This document shows positions 10,840 to 24,619 of a DNA stretch of 64,000 nt, piece after piece. The notes beneath the pieces were generated by a model, which was not told the origin of the DNA, searched no databases, and saw nothing but the letters and a program-made list of their open reading frames with translations. Within the stretch, counting starts at the first letter, position 1. Each line of letters opens with the position of its first letter. The position numbers and the translations under genes are program-made. Origin of the DNA: Octopus bimaculoides (taxonomy: Eukaryota); NCBI RefSeq assembly GCF_001194135.2, contig NC_068981.1, positions 35,965,438 to 36,029,437 of the forward strand, written 5' to 3'.

Positions 10840-13664
10840 CTAAACAAATATCTTTCTCTTGACATAAGACTTTCTTCTACAAAACCATAGTGTATAGGTG
10901 TTTAAATTTATTACAGGAATATAAGAGATGAAGCTAAACTTTGTTGAATTTGAATCCAAAATCTTGAGGAAACAAACAAAATACTGAAAAAGGTAACACC
11001 CAAAATCAAAGGAAACCAGTGAGGGTTTGTGTTGTCAATAAATAGTCTATGAGGAAGAGCAGTAGTTAGAATAAATGTAGTTATCATAAAGAAAGGAAGA
11101 GGTTTGACATTTCCTCATGGTAATTATATTTTTTTAACTGGCACACTTCCTCTTAAATACTGAAATACACCAAAACCAATATGTTAGTTCTCATTTCTGC
11201 TCTTAGCTGTCTTATTTACATGATAGGTTGTTGTGCTGGAGGTAGTTGTTGTTATGATGAAGGTAATTATAACAGTAGCCATAGCAGTTGCTCTAGTAGA
11301 GCTAGTTGTAATGTCATTGGTTGTGATATTAATAATAATAATAATAATAAAAGGGCAATAGTCATTGTAGTGATGACAGTAGATAGAGATTAAGTTGTGC
11401 AGTACTAATAGTAATTATGTTAACATTGAAGTAATGGTGAGAGTGATGTTATTGGTTTATGTGGTGTTGCAGCTGTTTAAATAAAAATACCTACCTATTA
11501 TTTTAAACCTGAGCACTATATTTACAAGAGGTTAAATCACTCAGAGATGCCATCAACAGGAAAATCAATAGTTAAGTTAGTGTTAGCATATTTAAGATAG
11601 TGAACACTTAAAAGTTAATTAGAAATAATTGTTCAGTGAGCAAATGACATTGTTAGTCAATGATTAATATTATTTTGCAAGAGCAAGTACAGGAGACAAT
11701 TGTCCTAGTCTTATTAGACCCTTTCAACAAAACATAGAATTCATTGTACTTACTGTATGTAGTATTGATGAGAGAATTACTAAGTAAATGCACATTGCAA
11801 CATACGAGTTGGAAAGAGAGTTAACTTGTTTTAGAGAATGCAGTACCCAAAGAAATCACAAGAGTGTAGATGGCTGAGTGAATAATATATTGGACAGTCA
11901 GCCAAAGGAATGGTGATTTAAGCAATGCTACAGGAAATGAATTGCATCCAGATCAGGACATTTAATTTTCAAACTGTACACACTACTAAATGTAAAATAG
12001 TATTTGAATTGGCAATCATTAGAGCATCAAATTAAATACCTGAGAAGTATTTGTTCAAGCTCCCTACATTCTAGGTTCAAATCTCATTGAGGTCAACTTT
12101 ACCTTTTAACCTTTCAATACCAATCTCTGGGTGGTAGATTGATAGAATTGTTGGTTGGATGCCTTGTAGTATTTATTTTGTCTCCATGCATTTTAAATTT
12201 CAAATCCTGCCTACATCCCTATTACAGTGAACCTCTTCCAGGTAGAAGAATAAAAAACCACAAAAGACACCAAACACAAAAGAATTTGCATTTCAATGCA
12301 ATAGGAATAATCTAAGAGTACAGATTGCTCAAAAGATAATTATGATGATGATAACAACAATGGTGATGATGATGATGAGTAGTAATAACCCAACACTGTA
12401 AGAAGTGGTAGCATTATAAAACTCCAGTGGTTAATTAACTTGTTGTGTCATGGATCATCTGTTCTTGGGGGTTTGGAGAATAAACTCTAATACTCAACAT
12501 CAAACAAAAGTGCCTCAATCATCTTGCTTTGACTTGAATCAGAGACTCTGGTTAATATTACAAACCACATGAGATTGAGGGTTAAAGAGCAACAGCATAT
12601 TCCACATTAAACTGCTCGTGCATAGGCATCTACCACCAAGTGTATGTATGTATGTGTGTGTTTGTGTGTGTGCGTGTGTGTTTGAGTGTGTTTGTGTGTG
12701 TGTGTGTGTATATGTTTGTAGGCTATATGAGAGAGATTCACACGACAATATTTATACAACACCACAGTTCAGATGTGTTGCTACTGTTAAAGTAATGTAG
12801 TTGTTGCTAACACAACACATGCTGAAATATGATCCTTTGAAACTATCATTAATATTTCATATGATACATGCACACAGATGTTATAAAACATTTGTACTGT
12901 TAATCAGCTTTACACACACCCATGCAGATACATCGAAATGTATCTTTCTGTATGTATGCTTCTATATGCATATGCATGCATACACTTGTGCAGGCATGTC
13001 AAGCATGGGAAATATGATGGTTACTTTGACAGAATGGTTAATAGGAAAATAAATCAGAAACTAAATTGATTTCTGGCTTTGGCAAAGAGTATCAGATTTT
13101 TATTGTGTGATTTCAATTGACAATGGATCCACTACCTTTTGTACAAGCTTTTACTTGTTTCTTAGAACAGCTGATCTATGCTTGACTGACATTGCCACAG
13201 AAACCTTCTCCCCTTCAGTCTTTGACAGTCTAGAAAGATAGATGATGTTGTGTAACATTCATGGGTTACCAAAGAGTTAAGTAAAGGGATGTGAAGTAAT
13301 TATGCCTGGGGTATGACATTAAGATTGAGTCATCTGCTCACTGGTAACTTACCTACCCTTTGCATACTCAAGTTGATAATTAGATCCATCAAAATAGACA
13401 AAATAGGAAACAATAATGGCATGTAGGTTTATATTAATGTAGTAGTGAAGTTAAGAATTGTGTAGTGAACAGAAGGACTTTGTGCATAAAATAAAATAAG
13501 CAAATTTCGTCTATGTATAGCAAGGGCAAGGAACCTCTTGCTACAAACAAACTTTTGCCTGCCTTTCAATTTGAAAATACTTCTGAAAGTCACATATGAA
13601 AAAAATGGCTTGCATTGTTTAATATAATTGAAATACTTATAAACTTTTATATTAAAGGATTCAT

Positions 13665-13712
13665 TATTTTTCTCAGTACAAATTTTTCTCAGTACAAATT
13701 TTTCTCAGCACA
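13665..13712 (+). repeat. 16-bp tandem repeat x3 (atttttctcagtacaa)
   Basis: Seen directly; the third copy is atttttctcagcacag. Confidence 0.9.
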
Positions 13713-14253
13713 GATCCTTATACATTTGCAGTTCATCCCTAGTGTTAAAAATGTTCCCCTCTTCTGGTTCTTCAAGCTCATTTCAGTTGCTTTGATATCA
13801 TATTTGTCAAATATTAGAATTTCTTTAGTTTTGACTTTTTGATGTTTACCAGCTGATTACAATGTATCAAATAATTACTAAGACAAAACAAATGACTAAA
13901 ATCTTGGAAAAATGTTGATAATCTGTATTGGTAAAAATAAGTTAGTACAATTTATTTGAACTATCAGCAATAAAAGCCTCTCTTGGAAAGACAACGCAAT
14001 GGAAAGTGGTTGGTAACAGGAAGGACATTGGCTGTAGAAAACATGTTAAAAATGGAACATGTGAGTAAAACATTGCCTTAGCTTATCTAGGAGAGCAGTA
14101 TTTCCAAATAAGAATTGACTTGAACTGTGATAATCCAACTAACCAATGCTGGCATCGAAAAGCAAATGTAAATTGATGACAATGATGATGAACAGATTCA
14201 ACACAATGTCTTACAAAGATGTATTAATCACTTTGATTTATATACGCACATAC

Positions 14254-14299
<46 letters not shown>

Positions 14300-15077
14300 G
14301 TATGTGTGCTTCCTACATGGTTGTGTAACTATGTATTTGTCTTTGCATGTATTTAATGATGTCTGAACATATTTACACATAAATGTACATATTTGCGAAG
14401 TCATGTATGTATATGTATGTGTGTATATGGCCAAGTATATAGTTTGGTTATGAATGAGAAAGTGTGGCAAATTCTGACTGTCTCTTGAGATGTCAAGATT
14501 TTAAATCAAGAAATGAAAATATCAGATAATTATTCAGTAGAAATTTAAGTCTTGAAAAGTTAAAAGCTATCAAGTAATGAAATGGGATACATGAGTGTGT
14601 CTGAAAACTGACAAGCTCTCTTAGTATATGCAGCAATTCCCTCAAACACATTCTCTCAACATCTCTGTTTGTCTGTCTCTTTCATTCTCCATCTCTCTGT
14701 CTACTCTCTCTACACACAGACATGCACTCTTTTGTCTCTCTGTTTCTGTCTCTCTTCCATTTCAGTTTTTTTTCTTTTTTTCACTTCTCTCCTTTCAATT
14801 CCTGTGTACCTTTCTCAACTTTTCTCTTTTCCACTAATTTACATCTCTCTCTTTTTCATCTTTATTCCTATATCTGCATCTTTATTATCTATTTGTAACA
14901 TTATTGCAGAATAATGTTACACCTTCCACTCTCATATATTTTTCTCATCCTTCCCTCCTACCTTCTCTCTTTCTCTCTCTCTTTTCTTTTTATATTGCCA
15001 TCTCTTTTCCCCTCCTGTAATTCCTCTCCTCAATCTTTGTCTTACCTTTTCCTTTAAACTCAAAACCTTATTACACA

Positions 15078-15112
<35 letters not shown>

Positions 15113-15880
15113 TCTCTGTGCTTTCTCTCTGTTACATTCTGTTTCATTCAACATCTTTCTTTCTGCTAGGCTGTCTTTCTATTGTAGTCTCATTCTGTTA
15201 CACATTTCTAATTTTTTTCCTACTCCTATTGTACTTTCCTCCCACTGAACCCACACCACCATCCATTAAATTCTTTCTCATTCATTTCTCCTATTAAAGT
15301 CTTTTACACAAACAAGCATACATACAACCACACACACACTCATGGGTACTGCACACACATTTCTCACATACACACTAACATTACAAATATGAACTTGTTC
15401 ATATTCACATTTCACATACACGTTTACATTCATGTTCACATGTAATCACATATATGCACATATATACATGCTCTCTCTCTTTCTCTCTCTTTCACACACA
15501 TACTTTATGTAGAGAAACAGACACACATAAATTTTTTTGTTAAAATATCAAATTTAAAAGACAATTCCATCCATTTACAATTGATATTAGAAGGAACAGC
15601 ATCTTCGGTAATAACTTTATAATTGACACGAACAACGAACATTGTTAGATTTAAAACAAAACACAACACAGCAAAAATAAAGTAAATAAAATAATCAAAC
15701 AAAAAGATGGGAAAAAAAATTAACAAAATACGGTATTTAAAACAGCAACAACAGTAACAACAATAGTGACAACAACAATGAATCTACTCTTGTTTACAAG
15801 ATGAACAATATTGTTATCTGAGATTACTTAAATTTCTCTTTCTTTCTTGTTCCTTCTCACTCTCTCTTCTCTGTCACCAG

Positions 15881-15970
15881 ATCCATCATTTGCCATTAAC
15901 TTCTCAAAGAGCTACGTCACATACCACATATTCATTCAGAGAACATTGCTCATTTGTATTGGTTACAGAA
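15881..15970 (+). CDS. Candidate 90-nt exon (IHHLPLTSQRATSHTTYSFREHCSFVLVTE in phase 0, or xPSFAINFSKSYVTYHIFIQRTLLICIGYR in phase 1)
   Basis: A ~45-nt pyrimidine tract ends in caccag, the donor is gaa|gtaagt, and the length is a multiple of 3. Two frames are open. Confidence 0.35.
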
Positions 15971-16714
15971 GTAAGTAATAAATTATCGAGTGGCTAAATT
16001 ATTTAATTCCTGTTATGTGTAAAAGAACTCCTTCATATTGATGCCATGATTTTGTTCTTTACCACAAAATAAATATCTAAAAATTAAATATATAAATGAA
16101 TGTAAAAAAATGCAAGCCAAATTTATTTCATTTAAATTTTTTAATTTTTAGTTTTAGTAAATTAAAGAACAACGATAACATTTTAAGATGTATGTATATA
16201 ATATTTCTGTATATATACATCCTTCTATGTAGGATGTATATATGTATATGTGCCTTGGGCATATTATGCATATGGAAACGTGTCAGCAATTTCAAGAAGT
16301 TCATTTTTGGGGTCCTGATGTTTTGGATTCAATCCTACTCTGTGGAAACTTGAGCAACTGGCTCTTGCAGTAGACTTTGATAGCTTCAAGACTTGCCAGT
16401 GAAACTGAGGAGACAGAAACAGAGCTGAAGCCTTTTGCATAGATTAAACCTGTTATTGAAAGGTTCGCTACCTAAAGATTACATTAGGAGTAAATGTATC
16501 TGTAGAGTACTCAGCCACTTAAGCTATAAGTCAGTGAGTCACTAGCCCTGTTGATTAAAGAACAGAAACACTCATTTAACTCATGCGAGCATCTACAACT
16601 CATGCATGTCTACATATTTCTGTCTGTGTATTATGATTACTATTGTCAGGATATTTGCTTAATTAATTTTTACTCATTTTGGTTTTCAATGAGTAATGAA
16701 TTAATTGCTTCAAA

Positions 16715-16905
16715 TTTTGGCACAATGTCAGCAATTTTAAGGGGAAGAAGTTAGTTGATTACATTGACCCAAGTGTTCAATAGGTACTTTATTTTATCAA
16801 CCTCAAAAGGATGAAAGGCAATGTTGGCTTTGGTAGAATTTTAACTCAGGATCTAAAATATCCGAAGAAATACTGTGCTAAGCAGTTTGCCTGACACATT
16901 AAATC
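16715..16905 (-). mobile_element. tRNA-headed SINE, Meta-domain-like family; dispersed copies also at ~10270-10400(+), 12060-12210, 24375-24540(-), 33745-33930(+), 48945-49100(-), 51605-51770(+), 57270-57410(+), 57725-57945(-)
   Basis: Conserved core gagttcaaattc..ccgaggtcaactttgcctttcatcctttcggggt.gataaa.taagtaccagtt with (ATT)n tails. The family name is from memory of the SINE literature. Confidence 0.8.
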
Positions 16906-19700
16906 TATTTTGCATTTCTTCTCTTTAAGTTTATTTTTGGCTACTCCAGAAATAAATTAGCTTTTTTGTAATATTTCTTTTCTTTGAAGAAAAGGACTCC
17001 ACATGTCTTATTGATAACCACTTAAGTTGCAAGCAAACATGTAATTTTTTTTTTATTCCTTATGATGAGGTAGAGTAGCATTCAAAATATTTGCAGTCAT
17101 TCCCTAACTTGTGAGGGCAATGTGGCTGATGTTCAGTTAATGGTGTTGAAACCAATTAAACAATAATTTGAGCAGACAAGCAAGATCCAATAGGCTACAA
17201 TCTAGGAAGGAAGAGGTATACAAAGTCAAGTATTTGGAGTGGCCAAGTGAAAGAATAAAGCACTAGATTTCGATATTTGGTTTAAGGTAAAATACAGTTC
17301 AGGTATCAAAACATAGAAAGAGATATGTGATGGGTTTTTTTCTTTTATTTGAGTCAAAGGCATAGCAAGGAAATGTTAGTAGCTTGTTAAATATTTGTTT
17401 ATGTGTAGAAATAAAATGCATTGTATCAAAGTAGAAATAGACATTTATGTAGATTAATTTATCTTGACTTGAATACACTTCTGCATATCAATACACACGT
17501 CTATCTGTCTATCTTTCTCTCCTTCTCTCCCTCCCCCCTCTCTCTCTCACATGCAAATTCACTACGTATTTGTGAATAGTACAAATTGCATTAAATTGTG
17601 ATATTTCTTCATAATACAGAATGAAGTTATGTCCACTTAAAAAGCATGAAGTTTTTCTTGAGGACAATTATGAAGATGATGTTGATATGAGGTAGTGGAG
17701 GAAGAGGAAATAAAAGTAGATATAGACATCTCCTGCATTGACAACACTGCTGACAAGTATATAAAGGATAATGACAAGTTTGAAGACGTTAAATGAAGAT
17801 GGTTGGATGCTATTGCTCATCTTGAAATTTTGTGAGATGATGCTTCTCTAAATGCCAGATGCATCTCATTCACACTTATCATAGATGGCTTCACTGACAC
17901 TGAGCTTATTTTCTCTGCCTTACTGCACCAATGAGTATCTCTGCTGCCTTTGAAATATTTGATGGCTGCTGCTGTCTCACTTGCTTTATTCTGACTATAT
18001 CAAACTGTAGTATCTCACTTGAAGAATCAATACAGTCCAAATTATTTCATCTTCCTCTCTTTAAATATGCATTAAGAGAATTCATTTTCTCCCAGAGTGA
18101 TATCTTAATATAGAAGTGACACCCTCATGATCACTGCTGCTCTAAGACGTGATAATTTTGTCAACTCTTGATCTTCTCTGTGTTATATTTAGTTGCTTCA
18201 GTGAGTTCAACTTTTCTAGGTAACAGTTATATCTTAGTTCAACTACTTTTCTATTCCAATCTATTGCAACTTTAATGTGCTTGATTTCTGCTCTGACAGA
18301 AACTGTGGAAAGCCAAATAAGGGGAGAATGATGGAATTGAAGTAAATGACAAATATTATTATTATTTCACATTCTGATTGGATGTATTCATTTCTGGAAT
18401 GATAGAAACTATTATTCAATTTACTTTTCTATTTCTAAATTAGATTTCTCAGCTCTTTCTATAACTTCCATCAATACTAATGTTGGATTTATATAATTTT
18501 AATAAAGTTTCTCTGTTGTGAATATTGAACAACTAATCAATGTGTGTACCATAAATGAAAGACTACTGTTTTTGTCATATGCTGAAATTATCTTTTAAAT
18601 TAATTAATGTATTGATTATTTTTATGTAACTTATTCAATCTGGTTGCTGTCATGAATATCTGAACAACTGTTGTAGATATGTAGATCTAAATAGCTAAAT
18701 AGCTATGAGCAAACAATAAATCTTCCTCTGGATAAGAAACTAGTCTAATTTATCACTAGTAATATTACTCCCAGGAGATCTATAATGTTTCTAATAGTAA
18801 ACTGAGTGAAATATGCATTTATAATTAAGTATATAACCCAAATACAAATCAAAATGCTTTTGCAATGATTTTGAACTGAAGTCCTGTGAGTTTATTGTAA
18901 CAAGATCATATCCAGCCATTTTATTCAAAATTAGTAGAGAATATTTTGTGGAAACTTTTCTCTGCAGTCTGACTTTGGGCATGTTTCCTTTTCTGTATGT
19001 GATAAGGTTGAACATTAGGAGACAACAAATTAGCTTTTGTGACTATTTCTAATGAAGTACTTCACTGCCTAAATTTAAAAAAAACAACTTGAAAATAAAA
19101 CAAAAATTGAAAAATTTAAGAAAATAACAATTTTTTTCCATTTATGGTGTGTGGAAGTTAAGCTTGCAACGAGTTCTTATTTTATATTACAATAGGGAGA
19201 CTTAAATTCAATATGAACATTTTAAAACAAGTGGTTTGTATGAAATACCCTGAGGTAGTCTGAGACAAGTTGGCAACAAAAGAATTAAATCACTGATGTT
19301 ATACTATGTACTATGAATGGAAATAAAATAGTATCAGTTTAATGTCTGTGGAATATAAACATTAGGAATGATCTCCATAAAATTCCGTCATATCTATATG
19401 TAATATTGATAAAGATTATAAAGATTGTAAAGAATCCCTGGTTTTAATGTTATATGTATTAAAATTGTGAGTGTCTTTGAGTAAAAAAAATTCAATACTG
19501 TTACAATTTTTATTCTGTGCAAAATCACATGAGTTAAAACAGTTTTTCTACTGTTTCAGAGATTAAACATACTAAACTTGGTGCTTGATGCTTTTAAGTC
19601 CTTTTTGATTTGATTTAATCTTTATTTATTTAATGGAATTCAATTGCATTCAAGTAATATTTTATAATACCACAAAAATACCAATCTAAGAAATCTTATG

Positions 19701-19738
<38 letters not shown>

Positions 19739-20172
19739 CACACACACGTGTATATAATTTCCTGGTCTATATGTCTTATGTCTGAATACTCTTTACTTTG
19801 TCCTATATACAAGGCGCCAATTCTTAATACCACAACAGGAGTTCATAATTCATGCTCTATCAAAGTGATAAGTGAATGAGACAACTTCTATAGTGCTGGT
19901 ACCACAAAATTTACCCAGTACACTCTGTAAAGTGACTGGTGGTAAGTTGGGCTTCATTCTCTCAAAGCAGCAGTTACCAATAGGTGATGACTTAGACTGT
20001 GATGACTTGTCTGGAAGCTGTGGTTTAAGTCAATGGCGATTTTATTGAATAAATTTACTCTTTAGTATTTCAAGATGTTTTATGTAATTTTGGTAAATAT
20101 ATGTTAAAATGAGATGTCAGTGTTATTTTCATTTTTGCGTAATTTAGACAACAATTTATTCTCCACTTCCTG

Positions 20173-20217
<45 letters not shown>

Positions 20218-20362
20218 GATGGGCTTCTTTCAATTTCCATCTACCAAATTCACTCACAAGGTTTTGGTCTGCCTGAGGCTATAGTAGAAGTCACCTGCCC
20301 AATATTCTACACAGTGGGACTGAGCCCAGAACCATGTGGTTAGGGAAGTAAGCTTCTTACCC
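20218..20362 (-). mobile_element. tRNA-derived SINE, second family (octopus OR-like); copies also at ~36330-36465, 45476-45625, 47452-47545, 55130-55250, 31320-31420 and, on +, 1850-1925, 58295-58410
   Basis: Plus strand reads gggcttctttca.tttcc.tctaccaaatt cactcacaagg...gggactga.ccc.gaaccatgtggtt.ggaag.aagcttcttacc. On the minus strand this gives A- and B-box-like motifs. Confidence 0.8.
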
Positions 20363-20384
20363 CGTGCCTATATATATATATAAA

Positions 20385-21549
20385 TTAGTGTGTTTGGTAA
20401 GTAATTGCATTTTACCAGAAAGGAAACAAATGTAAACTACGTTTATCTGAATAGTTTTAATCAAGAATGTAATCACCATCATTTTCAACAACTGCAGCTC
20501 TGCTGGAAAGTAAGTATTTTTATGCTACGTTTAAAGAAACCTATTTCTTTTCCTGAAAAAAGTCTGAAAGACAGTTTTCAATTTCTTCTCCGCTTCTGAA
20601 TGTTTTGCCTCACATAAAATGTTCTAGTAACCAGAACAGATGGAAATTCATATGTGATAAGTCAGATGAGTATGTGGAAGAACTTCGCATCCTAACGATC
20701 TTATTTTTTGTTGGGTTTGTTTTGAAGAGTGTGACCTTGCATTGTGATGCTGGAGAATAACACCTTTTCTGCTTATCAAAGCTAGCCACTTTTGACATAA
20801 TCTTTCATTTTACATGATCAAGTTGTTGGCAACAGACATCTGCATGTTCCAGTAGCTCATAATGGACAATACCTTTCATGTTCTACCAAACACAGAACAA
20901 GGATTTTTGTGGATAGATTTCCGGTTTTGGTGTTGGCACTGGCCTCTCATTATGTGATAACCATTGTCGTTTTCTGTTGTGATGCAAAACCTTTTGTTCA
21001 TCTTCTGTAACAATGCACTGTAGAAATGATGGGTTGTTATTCCTGGTTAGAAGACTGCTGCAAATGGTGGAAGCTCATGTGGAATCCAAATTTCCTCTTT
21101 GAATGTTTTCCCAGTTTGCTTGAGATGTTTGTGGATAGTTGAACATAACACATTAGATTTTTGTGCCACATCTCTGGTGTTTTGACATGGATCTGATACA
21201 AGATTCTCATCCAAAAGTTCGTCATTCAGAGCGGGTCGTCTACCAGAGCAAGATTTGTTGGATATGTCGTAATCACCATTTTTAAACCTCTTAAACCACA
21301 GCTGACATGCATGAGCTTTCACTGCACCTGGATACTTTTCTTTTGAGACTCATATAGTAAGCAATGACGAATATGTTGTTTCATAAAGTTCTTGTCCTCC
21401 ACAGGGCTAATTACCAAAATAACTATACTGGATAGAAGAGCTGATATACTATTTTTAGACAGTAACCTCCCATTCGACCTTTGCCCTGGTGTGGTTGATT
21501 AATCCATATTTCAAAGTGGTGAAAAACTGCAATCACTTTCTGAACACCC

Positions 21550-21552
<3 letters not shown>
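20385..21552 (-). mobile_element. Full-length decayed mariner (DD34D-type) transposon with both TIRs; transposase is a pseudogene
   Basis: Peptides CQLWFKRFKNGDYDISNKSCSGRRP, STIHKHLKQTGK..WIPHEL, KRQWLSHNERPVPTPKPEIYPQK, MKGIVHYELLE and DLSHMNFHLF..GKTFRSGEEIEN..VVENDGDYILD*. The TIRs ttagtgtgtttggtaagtaattgcatttt (20385) and ttagggtgttcagaaagtgattgcagtttt (reverse complement, 21552) match imperfectly. Confidence 0.92.
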
Positions 21553-21607
<55 letters not shown>

Positions 21608-22025
21608 CGTAGAAAAGATTTTTGTTTATTTACTTGCAAAATGTTATATGACTTTTTGCTTTCGCAAGAGTGTGGCCTTTGTTTAACATTTGTTAAAAAT
21701 CTATTTAAAATAATAATCTCAATTTTGTGTGTGTTGTGATTATCTAATAAGTTTTAGAATTTACTTAAGTACAATTCCAACAAACAACTGAAACTTATGT
21801 ATTCTAATGACAATAGTATCAAATATGATGCTATAAGTAGGAGGCTAAGTTTATAATATATATTCTGTCTAAAATTGATACAAGCTATCCAAAACAAGCT
21901 CGATATAAACGATAATTTAAAGTTCAAGTGAGTGCTATAGCAGACCAACTTGTAATTGTTACCCAAAAAATTTCTCTAAGAATATCTTTCTTGTATATTA
22001 TTTCAATTTAATCCCTTTGCCTCAG

Positions 22026-22141
22026 GAATATGCTCATCAAATATCAAATGGGCTGAAAATCATAATAATATAGTGAAAAAAATTGTTTCTCCAAATATGA
22101 AATTCAGTTCCATTGAACAAACAGATAAATTCTACAACTAA
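22026..22141 (+). CDS. Candidate terminal coding exon xICSSNIKWAENHNNIVKKIVSPNMKFSSIEQTDKFYN*
   Basis: Good acceptor aatccctttgcctcag followed by a 38-codon open frame in phase 1. No homology recognised. Confidence 0.2.
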
Positions 22142-23926
22142 TCTCATAAAAGGAAAAGAAATATAGCATAATAACTTCCTTTTACTCCTTTTAATATGCA
22201 TTTTTGATGCAGTGCATTTTTCTTTGTTTTCTTAATTTCAGTTTCACATAAATGTGTGCTTGTGCATATGCATATGTGCATGCACATGCAAGACACAGAA
22301 GAAGACTGCTTACTCAGTTTTAATACATCTCCCACAGTACAAAATTATAGGAAGGAGAAAAGAAATAATATGCCATAAAAATAAAATGAAACAAAGTTGG
22401 CTGTTAATAGGGAAAGAAAGAAAAAGGGTAATCTAAGAGAAGAAAGTAATTTGTGAAGTGAGAAAACCCATTTTCCTACACATCTCTTTCTCTCTGGCAG
22501 CATGTCAGTACCGAAGCCAAGCAAGATAATGAACTGGGCCATACAGAAACAACTTAAGCAGTGGAGCATCAAATTAAGCATATCAACAAATAAACTGCCT
22601 AAGAATCTCCTGTGACTGTATTATTACAAGTCAATCTTATTGAATTACTCAGTATCAGACATGAAGCCTGACTGAGAGAGCAATGAACAGTAGCAGAATA
22701 AGGGGATGTGAGAGCAAGATTGGCTCATGTTTAGAGTTGTAACCTATGACACTAACCTTAATTAGAAGTGGTGTTGGAGGAGACACAACTGCATAATGCT
22801 CTCACTGTTTTGTTAACTAGTTTTCAGTGTATATGTATCTGACCATGTTATACTGATAAATCAATCCTAATAGATTAAGTAATCAAATTTGGTATGGATA
22901 TGTGTGGAGGTAAGGGTGATTGGAAGAAGGAAAGAGAGAAATAAAGACATAAAGGAAGGAGAGAATATTCTCCAGCAACATAATATTTTGACTCCAGCAA
23001 AAATAAACACTTGTATTTGTTATTTCTTGTCCAACCTAGAGTACAAGAAATTTTTTTATTTTTTATTTTTCATGATCTACCTGAGAGTTTCAAATTTACA
23101 GCTACTTGCTGAAGAAGCCAGAAAAGCAGAAACTTATCTTTTTTAAGATGATTTGATCTTAGTGGAAACACTTTTCTGTTTCTACCTAGTCTCCTTTTTA
23201 ATCTTTTTACCTTGTCCATGGCTGTTCCTGCTAGAAGTTAAATGAGACAACAGTGATCCCAAGTTTAATGATAAAATACAGAATTCTTGATTATATGTGA
23301 TTTTAATTTTTGTATGTCAAAGTGCATTGACTGTTTTTCCATCACCCTACTGTTGCTCTTTCGTCATCATCATTCACCATCACTACTGCTACCAGTGCTG
23401 ATACTGCTGCTGCCCTTACCCCACCATCATCATCATAATCATCACCTTCCAAAGTATTTGATGACCATCTTCTTTATCATTACTTGCTTTTTTGCTATCA
23501 TTATCAATTTTTCCCACATATTCAGTTTTACATACCATATATACTTTGTATAAGAATTGCAGTGATAGAAATGTCATGCTCTATTCTTTGTGTTACAAGA
23601 CTTTGGCTTCAGACTTTGGCCAGAACATAAGTCACATGTTGTTGGTTTTGAATACTGTTTACAACTTAGCTTGCAATTTCATTTAAATGAAATATTGAAC
23701 TAAAATATTCTCAAATATAGTCTATAAAGCCTAGCAAATACTCAGAACCATAAATATTGTAAAAATGTTTGTATGATCAATGTTTAGGACAATCAGAACA
23801 ACCCATACTTTTGACATGCTACTCCTGATTGATTGACAATATTTACTGCATCTAATGACTATAAGGATTACAGCTTGCTGGTTGGGAACTGCACTTGTAA
23901 TGTGTAATGTCTACTTATCTATACAT

Positions 23927-23929
<3 letters not shown>

Positions 23930-23958
<29 letters not shown>

Positions 23959-23968
23959 TGTATGTATG

Positions 23969-24006
<38 letters not shown>

Positions 24007-24035
24007 GATAGATAGATAGATAGATAGATAGATAT
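23930..24035. repeat. Compound microsatellite (TATG)n-(TATC)n-(GATA)n
   Basis: Seen directly. Confidence 0.95.
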
Positions 24036-24619
24036 GCTCAGGTATTGATGTCGAAATTACGGCAATATCTATTTGGCAACTGATGATGAGAATACATATT
24101 TGTAATGCCTGTTTATGAATTTTTATATCTTAGTCTCGATATTCTGAGTTGTCCTTCATTCTAGTAAAGTGGAAAGCATTTTGTGGGTTCATGGATTGTA
24201 GAGATTACTTACACAGATATAAGTTGTTTTTATTCATAGATAATCTTATTAAATTAGATATCTTATTAGACACTTAGATATTTTCATAAACTTACAACCA
24301 GTATAGAAAGTACAATTGGTGATACAGAAAAATATAACCATTTGTCAGAACTAATACTGTTAATAATAATTGTTTATAATTTAGGCACAAGGCCAGCAAT
24401 TTTAAGGGAGGGGAGAAAAGAAATTTCAAGAGGAGGGTATTAGCTGATTACATGGACTATAGTAGCAGAGCAGTACTTTATTTTTCAAACATTGGAGGGA
24501 TGAAAAGCCAAGTTAACCTGGTGTATCATTACTTATTTCTCTCTGAGACCACAATACAGAATTCCCTAAGAATTACATTGAGTTTTGTCACTCTTTATAT
24601 CAAGAAAACAAACTTATAC

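Noticed and set aside
13352-13460. Minus-strand TAG|GTAAGT after a long AG-poor stretch as a second recursive splice site
   Set aside because: There is no pyrimidine tract adjacent to the AG, and two other AGs lie just upstream.
20419-20509. Plus-strand exon-like segment with a GTAAGT donor
   Set aside because: It lies inside the mariner and is the antisense of the transposase C-terminus.
21880-21930. DINDN peptide resembling the cadherin calcium-binding motif
   Set aside because: It lacks the following P-x-F, has a weak acceptor, and is on the opposite strand from the cadherin-like 33-nt exon.
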